Shown here: one piece after another, positions 9,632 through 19,300 of the stretch
Numbering within the stretch: the first letter of the stretch is position 1
How the letters are laid out: each line of letters starts with the position of its first letter
Assembly (NCBI GenBank): GCA_963804995.1
Contig: CAWDSK010000006.1
Span: 1,888,001 to 1,952,000, forward strand
DNA: 64,000 bases
Direction of reading: 5' to 3'
Source of the DNA: an uncultured Acidobacteriota bacterium
Lineage (GTDB): Bacteria > Acidobacteriota > Terriglobia > UBA7540
Notes under the pieces: generated by a model
The model's input: only the letters and a program-made list of their open reading frames with translations
Told to the model about the DNA's origin: nothing
Database searches by the model: none
Program-made: the position numbers and the translations under genes

Positions 9632-10700
9632 GGAAGGGGGCCCCACGTTTTGCGCGGTGAGGGGTCAAGTTCCTTGTCACGGCCCACTGAATTAGCCTCA
9701 TCCTGGGCGTCGATTCCACCGATAACCGATGCGGGGTAGTGTGTCACGGCGGGGTTGGGGGTCGCTGGGGGGATTGGGCCGTCGGTTTATCAGCACAAAA
9801 CAAGATTGCATAGCCTTTTCCGAGGGGTCGCAGATCCGCCGTGGCGAAAGAGGGTGGCGCGCTGTCCCGATGCACTTCATCGGGAAGCGCGAAGGGGGCC
9901 CCACGTTTTGCGCGGTGGGGGTGAGGGGTTAAGTTCCTTGTCACGGCCCACTAAATTGGCCTCATCCTTGGTGTCGATCCCACCGATAACCGATACGGGG
10001 TAGTGTGTCACGGCGGGGGGAGGATATCGGGAGATCCGGTGATCGGGAGATCGGGCGAACAAGGGATCGGACCATCTGGGTATCGTGCCGTCGGGTCATT
10101 TGAAAACCGCACAATTTCCCGTCGATTGCCGACCTCATACTCCGAGCCCAACCCGCCGATAACCGATAGGGGGAGTGTTCACGGCGGGGTCAGATAATCG
10201 GGAGATCGGGCGATCTGGGGATCGGGAGATCGGCTGAGTTGCGATTCGTAATTTGCGATTTTCGAAGTTACATCTTCTCGCCTGACACCCCCGATAATCG
10301 ATGTCGGGAAGTGTGTGTCTGCGGCGGGGGTTGGTTGGGGGAAGGTCGAATTCCCCTAATCCCTAATCCCCACTCCCTAACCCCTGCCTTTCCCGTGGCA
10401 CGGCGGGGGCTGGGGTCGGTGGGGGGGGGTTGGGCCATCGGTTTATCAGCACAAAACAAAATTGCATAGCCCTCTCCGAGGGGAGAGGGTGGCGCGCTGC
10501 CGGCGTACTCACCAGCCGGAGCGCGACGGGTGAGGGGTCACTTCGCAACCGATGCTTATGGACCGAATGTTGTGGCCACATACATGCCAAAAGACGGCAC
10601 GTATGCGCCACCCGCGGGCCTTAACACTCACCCCGGTAGTAGCACAGCCACTCCTGGCTGTGAAGGAGAACCATCACAGGCATGAGTGCCTGTGCCACAA
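9632..10700. repeat. Intergenic repeat mosaic: a ~125-bp direct repeat, four ~40-bp core repeats, 7-8-mer tandem repeats and REP-like hairpins
   Basis: 9632-9754 resembles 9891-10018; cores CCRCCGATAACCGAT...AGTGT..CACGGCGGGG at 9716, 9980, 10153, 10288; (GATCGGGA)n and (CCTAATC)n; CCCTCTCC element at 10470-10537; GTAGCACAGCC element at 10639-10698. Confidence 0.9.
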
Positions 10701-10778
10701 ACTGTTGCGAAGGTCACTTCTCCATGTGGCGGGCGAATCGTTGAGTGTCTATTTGCTTTCAAAGCTTAGGCGCTGGAA

Positions 10779-13700
10779 TTACTGCAACTTTGCGTATTCC
10801 GCCTTGGCTTCCTTCAGGATGGGAATGTCGGGGTCGGCGTCTTTCCAGATGGTGAGGAAGTCCTGATACGCGGCGCGGGCTTTGGCCGTGTTGCCCTGCA
10901 GGGCGTAAGCACGCGCCAATCCGAGGCGAGCCAGCGCGCCCCAAGGAAAGTTCGCCACCAGTCCCCGGTGGTCGATGAATTGCTGAAACTCTGCTGCTGC
11001 TCGGTTGCCGTCGTGCAGCATGAGATAGGCTTCTCCACGCAAATAAGCGGGGCACATTGGTATGCCGGGTTCTATCAGGTTCGCCCCCGTCAATAGTTCG
11101 ATTGCCCGCTTTGGGTCTTTGCGTTCCAGGGCGACCCCCGCCCGGATAGTGGGCAGCCAATACCTCTGGACCACCGTGTCCAGCGGGAAGGCCCTGTCGA
11201 GTTCGGCAGCCAACTTCTCCGCCCCTGCGCTATCGCCTGCCCGCGCCAGGGCCAGCGCCGCCATCGTCCCCGCACGGCGGTTCGGGGACAACTTCACCGC
11301 CGCATGGGCCTCGGCTCGCACCTGGTCCCGGTTTCCCGCTTCCACCTCGCACAGCGCCCCCTCTGCCTGATAAGCTGTAGCTCTCTCTTTGGCGTCATTG
11401 CACTGGGCTGAATCCATCGCCCGCCGGGTCAGCTCGTTCGCGTTCTTCAGCTTGCCGTACCAACCTTCCGTTCTCCCTTGCAAGAACAGCAACCCTCCTT
11501 CAAGGCCCGGCTTTCCCATGGCAGCTGAGACCAATTGTGCCATCTGCGCCGCATTGCCCTTCAGAAATGCCAAAACGTAGCGGTTGCCGAAGAGAAGCTC
11601 GTTCTCCAGCTTGCGCTCCTCCGCCTGCTTGTACACCGCCTCCGCTTCGTCCAGCTGATTGAGGGCTGTGTAGGCGAAGCCGAGGTTAAGATAGCTGGAC
11701 GCAGCATTTGGCTCCAGGCGCAGCGCCTCCCGCCATTCCTCCATTGCCTTTTCCAAGTTTCCAAGGGCACCGGAAATAAATCCCAGCAGTCTGAAAGGCA
11801 CTTCGTCTCTTGGGTAGGCCTGCTGCCACAGTTCCTCGGTCTGCGCCGCCTTCTCCAGCTCTCCCGTCGCGTAAAGGTAGTAGTTCCCCTCGATGTTGAA
11901 CCGTTCCCGTTCGCTTACTTTCTCTCGAAGGTCGTAAGCCTTGCGTGCCATCTCAGCCCCCCGCCCCGGTTGGCCGCGGTAGAAGTAAATCCCCGCCATG
12001 GTCGCGTACGGCATGGCAAAATTCGGGTCAAGGTCCACCGCGCGTTTGAAGAAGGGCAGCGCGGGGATGCCCCCTTTCGTATGGGCCGTCTTTAGCCCCA
12101 GGCTGTAAGCTTTCAGCGCCTCCAGGGATGGCGTGGTCGCTTCCTCCACCGGCGTAGCGTATTTCTGCACGGAGCTGAGCGACTCGCCCAGCTTGCCGCG
12201 CAAGCTGATCGCCGCATTGTCCAGAGCCTTGAGCACCGCTTCCTTGCCCGCTGCCTGCTCCTGCGCTTCTGCCAGCACGTCCCCCGTGTTGCAGTCCACT
12301 GCCTTCAGGCCAATCACGTACTGGCTGCCAAGCCCCGCAATCGAGCCGATCACCGTGGCCTTGCTGCCCGTGCGTTGGCAGACCTCGTGGGTGAGCTCCG
12401 GTGTCAACCGATCACCGGCGGGACGCCCCATCAGTTTCAAAGTGTCATTTACCCTGTGCTCGGAAATCAGGGCGAGAAAGGGGGATTGCTCAAGCTGCAC
12501 CGAAAGCCCCTGTTTGAGCGTGTCGTCAAATACGCTGTCACCGGTCTTGTTGTCGAAATCGGAAAGAACTATGGTGTCCTTGTCGGTCAGGCGAGTCGTG
12601 GCCTGGTGCGAGCGGAAGTAGAACGTTCCCCCGATGGCAGCCACTATAAGGATTACGGCGGCGGGAATAAGAACCTTCCAGCGTTTCCTCCCCGCTCCAG
12701 GAACTTGGGTTGCGCTCACCTCGCTCGACGGCGAAGGTCGCCCGGATTCGCCTTGGCGGGGTAAACCCGCCGCTACACGTTCGGATTCTGTATCCCGCAA
12801 CAGGCGCTTCAGGTCTGTTCGTAACTCGGATGCGCTCTGATAGCGCATGTCCCGGTCTTTCTCCAGCGCTTTACGGATGATCTCTTCCAGCTTCGACGGT
12901 AGGTCGGGATTGACGCTCTTCGGTGAAGCTGGCTGCAGCGTCAAGATCGCTTGCTGAACCTCGGATGACGTCCCGCCAGGAAAAGCCTGCCGTCCCGTGG
13001 CCATCTCGTAGAGCACCGCACCAAAACTGAAGATGTCCGTGCGCCCATCGAGCGCTTCACCTCGGGCTTGTTCGGGCGACATGTAAGCCGCTGTGCCAAT
13101 GGGGGAGCCCTGCTGGGTGAGGGTGTCGTCCGTCGTGCGCGTCGCCCCCGCCGTAGCATGGTCACCATGCTTGGGTTCACTCAGCGCCACGGGCGAGACG
13201 CCTGTACTACGAATCAATTTCGCTACCCCGAAGTCCAGAATCTTGGCTTGGCCATATGTGGTCAGGAAGATATTCGCCGGCTTGATGTCGCGGTGAATGA
13301 TGCCCTTGCCATGTGCCGCCTCGAGCCCTGCCGTAATCTGGATGGCGAGGTCGAGCAACGTGTCGATCTGTAGGGGCGTCCCTCGTGGGCGCCCTTGGGC
13401 AGGCACAAGGCCTGCCCCTACAGACAGTCGCTCCTTCAGCGTCTCGCCCACCAGCAGTTCCATGGCGATGAACGGCTGGCCCTCGTACTCGTCGATGTCA
13501 TGAACGGTGCAGATGTTGGGATGGTTCAGGGTGCTTGCGGCTCGGGCTTCACGCTGGAAACGAGCGAGTGCCTGCCGGTCATTCGCCAATTCCGCGGGGA
13601 GAAACTTCAGCGCGACTGTCCGGCCCAGCCGCGTGTCCTCCGCTTTATAGATCACCCCCATCGCGCCACGCCCCAGCATCCCGGTAACCCGGTAGTGCGA

Positions 13701-14147
13701 GACTTCCTTGCCCAACAAGCTGTCGCACAGCGTCAGATCCGGGGCGATCGACTCCGCCTCAGCCGGCTCCGCCGCAGCCGCCACCGGGTGACCGGAGCCC
13801 GCGGGGTTTACCTCCTCCCATTCCGCCGGGACCAGCAGACGGTAGCCGCGGCGGGCGACCGTCTCCACATATTTCGGCTCCTCGGCTGTGTCACCCAGTG
13901 CGTCCCGCAACCTCTTGATGGCGGCGTTGATGCTGTGGTCGAACTCCACGATAGTGTCATTCGGCCAGAGTCTCTTCTGCAGCTCATCGCGCGCCACCAC
14001 CTCTCCTGGGCGGTCCACCAGCATTTGGAGAATCCGGAAGGGTTGTTCCTGAAGGCGCAGTCTGCGCCCGTCTTTGTGCAGTTCCCCGGCTTTAAGGTCC
14101 AACTTGAAGGGCCCCAGGCGCACAACGTTGGAGCGCGGCGCTGACAT
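10779..14147 (-). CDS. Winged-helix (OmpR/CadC-type) - Ser/Thr protein kinase - TM - TPR protein
   Basis: N-terminal LQEQPFRIL..L...PGEVV.R.EL...LW...LRDALGD....PKYVETV.RRGYR; kinase GRGAMG, VALK, HRDIKPAN, DFG, YMSPE; TM helix; C-terminal TPRs. Confidence 0.93.
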   Translation of the reverse strand: MSAPRSNVVRLGPFKLDLKAGELHKDGRRLRLQEQPFRILQMLVDRPGEVVARDELQKRLWPNDTIVEFDHSINAAIKRLRDALGDTAEEPKYVETVARRGYRLLVPAEWEEVNPAGSGHPVAAAAEPAEAESIAPDLTLCDSLLGKEVSHYRVTGMLGRGAMGVIYKAEDTRLGRTVALKFLPAELANDRQALARFQREARAASTLNHPNICTVHDIDEYEGQPFIAMELLVGETLKERLSVGAGLVPAQGRPRGTPLQIDTLLDLAIQITAGLEAAHGKGIIHRDIKPANIFLTTYGQAKILDFGVAKLIRSTGVSPVALSEPKHGDHATAGATRTTDDTLTQQGSPIGTAAYMSPEQARGEALDGRTDIFSFGAVLYEMATGRQAFPGGTSSEVQQAILTLQPASPKSVNPDLPSKLEEIIRKALEKDRDMRYQSASELRTDLKRLLRDTESERVAAGLPRQGESGRPSPSSEVSATQVPGAGRKRWKVLIPAAVILIVAAIGGTFYFRSHQATTRLTDKDTIVLSDFDNKTGDSVFDDTLKQGLSVQLEQSPFLALISEHRVNDTLKLMGRPAGDRLTPELTHEVCQRTGSKATVIGSIAGLGSQYVIGLKAVDCNTGDVLAEAQEQAAGKEAVLKALDNAAISLRGKLGESLSSVQKYATPVEEATTPSLEALKAYSLGLKTAHTKGGIPALPFFKRAVDLDPNFAMPYATMAGIYFYRGQPGRGAEMARKAYDLREKVSERERFNIEGNYYLYATGELEKAAQTEELWQQAYPRDEVPFRLLGFISGALGNLEKAMEEWREALRLEPNAASSYLNLGFAYTALNQLDEAEAVYKQAEERKLENELLFGNRYVLAFLKGNAAQMAQLVSAAMGKPGLEGGLLFLQGRTEGWYGKLKNANELTRRAMDSAQCNDAKERATAYQAEGALCEVEAGNRDQVRAEAHAAVKLSPNRRAGTMAALALARAGDSAGAEKLAAELDRAFPLDTVVQRYWLPTIRAGVALERKDPKRAIELLTGANLIEPGIPMCPAYLRGEAYLMLHDGNRAAAEFQQFIDHRGLVANFPWGALARLGLARAYALQGNTAKARAAYQDFLTIWKDADPDIPILKEAKAEYAKLQ

Positions 14148-14457
14148 GGGAGCTCCAGAGGCTTATTGGGGCGGACTTTACCACTAGATTACTGGTAAAT
14201 CAAGGAATTCGCCGTGCCCAGCCGTTCGAGCCTGAGAGCGAACCCTCAGCACCCGTCCAGGTTCGCGGGTCCCCGGAACCCTTTCACGGATGCCGCATTG
14301 GCCCTGCACCGCTTCTAAGACATCGGCAAGTACCATTCCTACCAATCCGTTAGCTCGTCGCCCACATGTAATCCACGCGTAAGCGCTGTTGCATTGAGGT
14401 ACCCGCTCGCCCAGCCCAAAGTCGCCCTCACCACGCAAGTTCGTGGAGGAGGGCGAC

Positions 14458-15198
14458 ATGGGATCGAAAGGCAAGACTCAGAAGGTAGCGCGATGGAAAT
14501 CGTGGATTCTGGTGGGATGGATGGCGGTTCTGGGGGTTCCGGGGCCGCTGGCTCGCACCCTAGCCCAGACCCCTGACGGCGGCTCGGAATCTCACGGCCA
14601 GCCCACGGGCAATGGCGAATCCGGCCTGCGGATTACCCTGCGCATCTTCAACTATGCTCACGTCACGCCCCCCGAACTGACCCGGGCGGAGCAAGTGGCA
14701 GCAGCTATCTTCCGCAAGGCAGGAATCGAAACGATGTGGATCGATTGCCCGGTCTCAAGGGAGGAGGTTGACCGCTTCCCCGCCTGCCAGCGACCCTGGG
14801 CGACCTCGGACTTCGCCCTTCGCTTCGTATCCCAGCCCTTTGGGGAGAGACCCGGCTCCCACCACGACCTGGGGTGGGCTCTCCCTTGCGTGGACGGCCA
14901 ACAAGGATGCTATACCTATGTCTTCTACCAACTGGCGAGGCAGTGGGCAGAGCGTTGTGACACTACGACCGATCAGATCCTCGGCCACGCAATAGCGCAT
15001 GAAGTGGGGCACCTGCTATTGGGACCGGACTCGCACTCGCAGACTGGCGTCATGCGCGGAGATTGGTCTATGGATGACTTAGCAGCGATGGCGCGGACGT
15101 TTCTCTGCTTCACCCCAACGCAATGCGAACGGCTCCAGAGTGACGTGTCAGCAAGAATGCGGGATCACGCGGATACGCTGGCGAGCCGAGGACTATGA
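14458..15198 (+). CDS. Secreted hypothetical protein with HExxH (zincin-like) motif
   Basis: GGAGG RBS, signal peptide, HAIAHEVGHLLLG..HS..G.M motif. Confidence 0.75.
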   Translation: MGSKGKTQKVARWKSWILVGWMAVLGVPGPLARTLAQTPDGGSESHGQPTGNGESGLRITLRIFNYAHVTPPELTRAEQVAAAIFRKAGIETMWIDCPVSREEVDRFPACQRPWATSDFALRFVSQPFGERPGSHHDLGWALPCVDGQQGCYTYVFYQLARQWAERCDTTTDQILGHAIAHEVGHLLLGPDSHSQTGVMRGDWSMDDLAAMARTFLCFTPTQCERLQSDVSARMRDHADTLASRGL

Positions 15199-15445
15199 AG
15201 CCCCCCTGAGTACCTTCAAGTTTACCGCCGAGTAGACTGAGCAGATGCGCGCCAAGGTGAGGGAACGCGAGCGACAGCAGGCGGCAGAGGCCCCCACTCT
15301 CCGTATATCTTTAGACAGATCCCTGGGGTTAGCTCCCTAACGCCACAGGGTAGGGCGAAGTCGCTCAATTCCTAAATCGTTGCCGATTCGGAAACTGGTG
15401 AACCCGCCTCAATCCGCCGGCGCCGGTTCGACGATGACTGGGGCT

Positions 15446-15461
15446 CAGGTTAACGCCTATG
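15446..15461 (-). mobile_element. Orphan IS4-like terminal inverted repeat
   Basis: CAGGTTAACGCCTATG (reverse complement CATAGGCGTTAACCTG) resembles the IS ends at 20453 and 21782, and abuts the same REP half as the IS right end. Confidence 0.7.
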
Positions 15462-15796
15462 CCCCTCGGGGGTGCCCTGAAGTCGGCCCTGCCGACCGTG
15501 GGGGCACGCGATCCCGATCAAGACCATCGGGACAGTTGGCGCGCCCATACGACCCAGTGGCCCTCACGGGCCCCGGTAGTAGCACAGCCACTGCTGGCTG
15601 TGACAGAAAAACATCACAGGCAGGAGTGCCTGTGCTACAAAAGCGGTAGCCACGGAGTCGCCGCGGCTGAAAGTCCGCCGATCTTAATGGCGGGCGACCT
15701 TTCCTGTCCGTGGGCTTTTCCCAAACCCCAGGTCAAATGTGGCTGCGGTATCGCGCCTGAGAAAAGCCCACGGTCAGAAAAACGCTGACCGCTACC
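15462..15796. repeat. Cluster of GTAG-type REP/REPIN-like elements
   Basis: GGGTGCCCTGAAGTCGGCCCTGCCGAC (also 21791, 24063); GTAGCACAGCC...GTGCTAC (also 10639, 24266); GGTAGCCACGG...GCTACC (also 21824-21950, 28229-28350). Confidence 0.85.
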
Positions 15797-15965
15797 AGCT
15801 CGTCACTGCTTTGACGCCCACCTTGTCGCGCCTGCGTCGCTTCTGATCCCGGCATGTGTATCTGGGGCAGTTCGACGAGAGGAGAATTGCGGATGAAGAG
15901 CCGCTGAGGAGCGCAAAAGACGCGCACCTCATCGCTACCCCAAACCCCACCTCCGCGGTACCCGG

Positions 15966-16093
15966 TTTATGGCCTCCAGGGGAACAGGATTAGCACCACA
16001 GGTGTCAAAGCCATGTGTTGATAAGAAAGTGCATGTTTATCATATTACGAACCGCAGAGTCTGAAAGGCACAGACTCTGATGCGCTACCCGCT
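15966..16093. repeat. ~120-bp dispersed repeat, partial copy of the 26656-26844 element
   Basis: TTTATGGCCTCCAGGG.AACA.GATTAGCAC..CAGGTGTCAAAGCCATGTG...GCGCTACCCGCT is shared with 26732-26844. Confidence 0.85.
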
Positions 16094-16143
16094 ACGGACA
16101 AAATGTTCTCTATGGGATATTGACGATAATCAGATTAAATGTA

Positions 16144-16172
16144 TTGACAAGGGACTTGCGGAGAGGTAGGGT
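16144..16172 (+). promoter_or_regulatory. Putative sigma70 promoter of the TonB-dependent receptor
   Basis: TTGACA-17 nt-TAGGGT upstream of the CDS. Confidence 0.45.
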
Positions 16173-16317
16173 CTGCGCGTTAGCGGCGTAGTGTTTTTCC
16201 GAGAAAAATTACTCTGCGCTACGCCTCGAATGCGCCGCGACTCACGGCAATAACGGAACGGGCCCGCCGTACACTGTGACACACGCGCTTCAAATTCCCT
16301 TCTAGGAGGGCGATTCC

Positions 16318-19300
16318 ATGACACCAGAAGCATTAGCCCCCTTTATTCGTGAACGGGAGACGAGACTCATATTTAAAACGCCTCGCGTCCTTATTATTAA
16401 CAACGCCAATCTTGGGAAACTAAGATGCTATAACTTCCTTGCCGCGCTTTTGGGCATTTGCCTAACTGCCGGTATGGGGATGTCCCAAATCAGGTCAAGT
16501 GTCATCACGGGCATCGTAACCGATGTCAGCGGAGCTCTTGTCCCGAACGCAACCGTGATGGTCAGGGACCAGCTGACCAACCTCACGTATCCGAGTAAAA
16601 CCAATGGCGCGGGTCAATACACCGTGCCTTATCTTCCTGAAGGCCGGTACTCAGTGACGGTCACGGCGGAAGGCTTCCAAACCTACGTCAAGACTGACAT
16701 TGTCCTGGAGACTGCCACCACCATGCGCGTCGATGCCGCGCTGACGGTCGGAGCTGTCAGTACGACCGTCGAGGTCAAAGCAAATGCCGCAGCTCTTCAG
16801 ACCGAAAACGGCACGGTCCACGGAACGGTCAACGCGCAGTTTATCGACGCTATTCCCAACACCAACCGGAATCCTCTCTTGTATGCCGGGCTGGTGGCTG
16901 GCGTGGTACCCGATGCCGAGGCCAAGGACGCCGTTTTCCTGGGGATCGGCCACGGTAATCGCCAAGCCCTGTCTGCCATCCACATGAACGGCTCTATCGA
17001 GGGTTCCAATGACATAACCATGGATGGAGTTTCAGTGCAGGGCGCGGGTTGGCACGAAATGGCCGTCATGCCCGATACAGACGCGCTCCAGGAAGTCCGC
17101 GTTACGACCAACACCTTTACCGCCGATACCGGCTCCGCCCAGGGAGTCATCGCGATGGGCACCAAGAGCGGCACCAATACGCTCCACGGAGACCTTTACT
17201 ATTATTTGCGGAACGAGGCCCTGGATGCCGCCGGGATGTATAACAACCTTTATGGGTTCAAGAAACCCGCGTATCGCCTCAACCAGGGTGGCGGCTCTAT
17301 CGGCGGCCCGGTGATTATCCCCCACTTGTACAACGGAAAAGACAAGATGTTCTTTTTTGTTAACTTCATGCGGCTGACGCACTCCGACCCACTTAGACTC
17401 GTCGCTACCGTTCCGACCGATTTGCAACGCAAGGGGGACTTCAGCCAGACGATGATTCCCGGCGTCAGTGGCCAGCCCGAGCACGTAAACCTGTACAATC
17501 CGTTTCTCGCCACGCCGTACAACGGCAGCACCACGGTTGTCCAGAGGCCGATCTATGCGGGCGCGCTAATTCCCGCGGCAGGCTCGGGCCCGGGCAGCAT
17601 GAACCCATACGGTCAAAAAATCCTGCAGGCCTACCCGGAGCCAAACGCTACTCCCGACGCGTTCGGGAACAATAATTACCATTTTAATGGTACAACGCCG
17701 GAATTTCGCAACGCTCTTTCGGCACGTTGGGATTACAGGCTGGGCCAAAAGAACTCCCTCTACGCCACCGGTGGCTTCTCGATTGCCGCGTCCACGCCAC
17801 CCAATGCGTGGGGGCCATCGAACCAGTTCAGCAACAATAATGGCAACGTCACAAACAGCGTGGGTATCGTCTCCGACCACAACCCGTACGGCTCGCTAGG
17901 CGATGTCATAACCCTGAACCCGACCACGGTCATTGACGTCCACTATGGCTTTACCCGCATCTCCAGCCTTTCAGGCACCCCGAATCGCGGTTGGACCGAT
18001 TACACCCAATGGGGCATGCCCGCCGATTTACTACCCCTGATCTCTGCTTATGGCGAGGCAATGTCTGTCGGGAGCTGGGGCTGGGGCGGACCCATTACTC
18101 AGCTCAACTTTGACTCGTGGACGCACAAGAATGAACACCAGAACAACCATGACATCGTCGGCAACCTGACGAAGGTCGCCGGGCGATGGACCTTTAAGGC
18201 CGGTGCTGAATACCGCGTTTACCTGAGCAATTGGCAGGATCTTGAGCAGTCCACTCCGCTGCTGAACACTGCGGATGTGGGCAACGCCAGCACAGCGCAG
18301 TACGCGAATATTGACGGCACGGGTTCCAGTCTGAACATTGACCCGGCCCAACAGGGACTTCCCTTCGTTGATCTACTCACCGGGGTGGCCGGCTTTTCTT
18401 TGGATCCAGGCTGCGGTACCATCCTCGCTTTAGCCGCCAAGTACTTCGCGCTCTATTCCCAGAATGAGTGGAAGGTGACGAACAAGCTGACCCTCAATCT
18501 GGGGTTGCGCTGGGAGGTGCAGCCCGGCCCCACCGAACGTTTCAACCGCTTAGCCAACATCGACCTGAATGCGCCCAGTCCCTACCAGGCGGCGAGCTAC
18601 CTGAATCCGCAGGGCGGGTTGGGATTGGTTGGTTTCGCCGCCACAAGCGGCCACCCACGCAACATGTGGAACACGCAATGGGGCAACGTTTCGCCACGCC
18701 TCGGAGCGGCTTATCAGTTAAACAATGAAACAGTGCTGCGGGGCGGCTTCGGCCGGTCATATTACAACAGCAACACAGGGTTCAATGCCAATGGATTGAT
18801 TTACGGCCAGGTACCCTTCTCGGGTGGAGTAGAATCCATACCCTATGGCTTAACTCCTAACGGGTTGCCGATCGGCACCTTCGATCAGCCACAGAACTCG
18901 CTGGCGTTCGGAGGACTGGGGGCGGTTCAAACACCTTACATTTACGGGAACGCCCAGGGCTCGTGCTGCGGCTGGTTCCCCCAGAACCACCCGAACTCCT
19001 ATGTTGACCAGTGGAACTTCTTTGTCGAGCGCAGCTTCGGCAGAGCTTGGACGCTTTCGGCGGGATACGTGGGGTCGCACGGTTCCAACTTAATTTGGCG
19101 GGGTTTCCACCTCAATGGGACTTATCAAGTCCCCCAATCGACCCTGATGGACTACCGCGCTGGTTGGATCGCTTCCAACGGTACTGACGACCCCGCGCAG
19201 GCCCAGGTTCCCAACCCGCTTCCGGCTCTGATCGGCAAGACCCCAGGCCCTATTGGGAACACCACCATCCCCGCGATCGATCTTCATCTCCCCTGGCTTG

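Noticed and set aside
9559..10760. Short ORFs in the repeat mosaic
   Set aside because: They are translations of repeats, with no RBS or family motifs.
15380..15445. tRNA-like fragment (GGTTCGA)
   Set aside because: A cloverleaf could not be folded and there is no acceptor stem or CCA.
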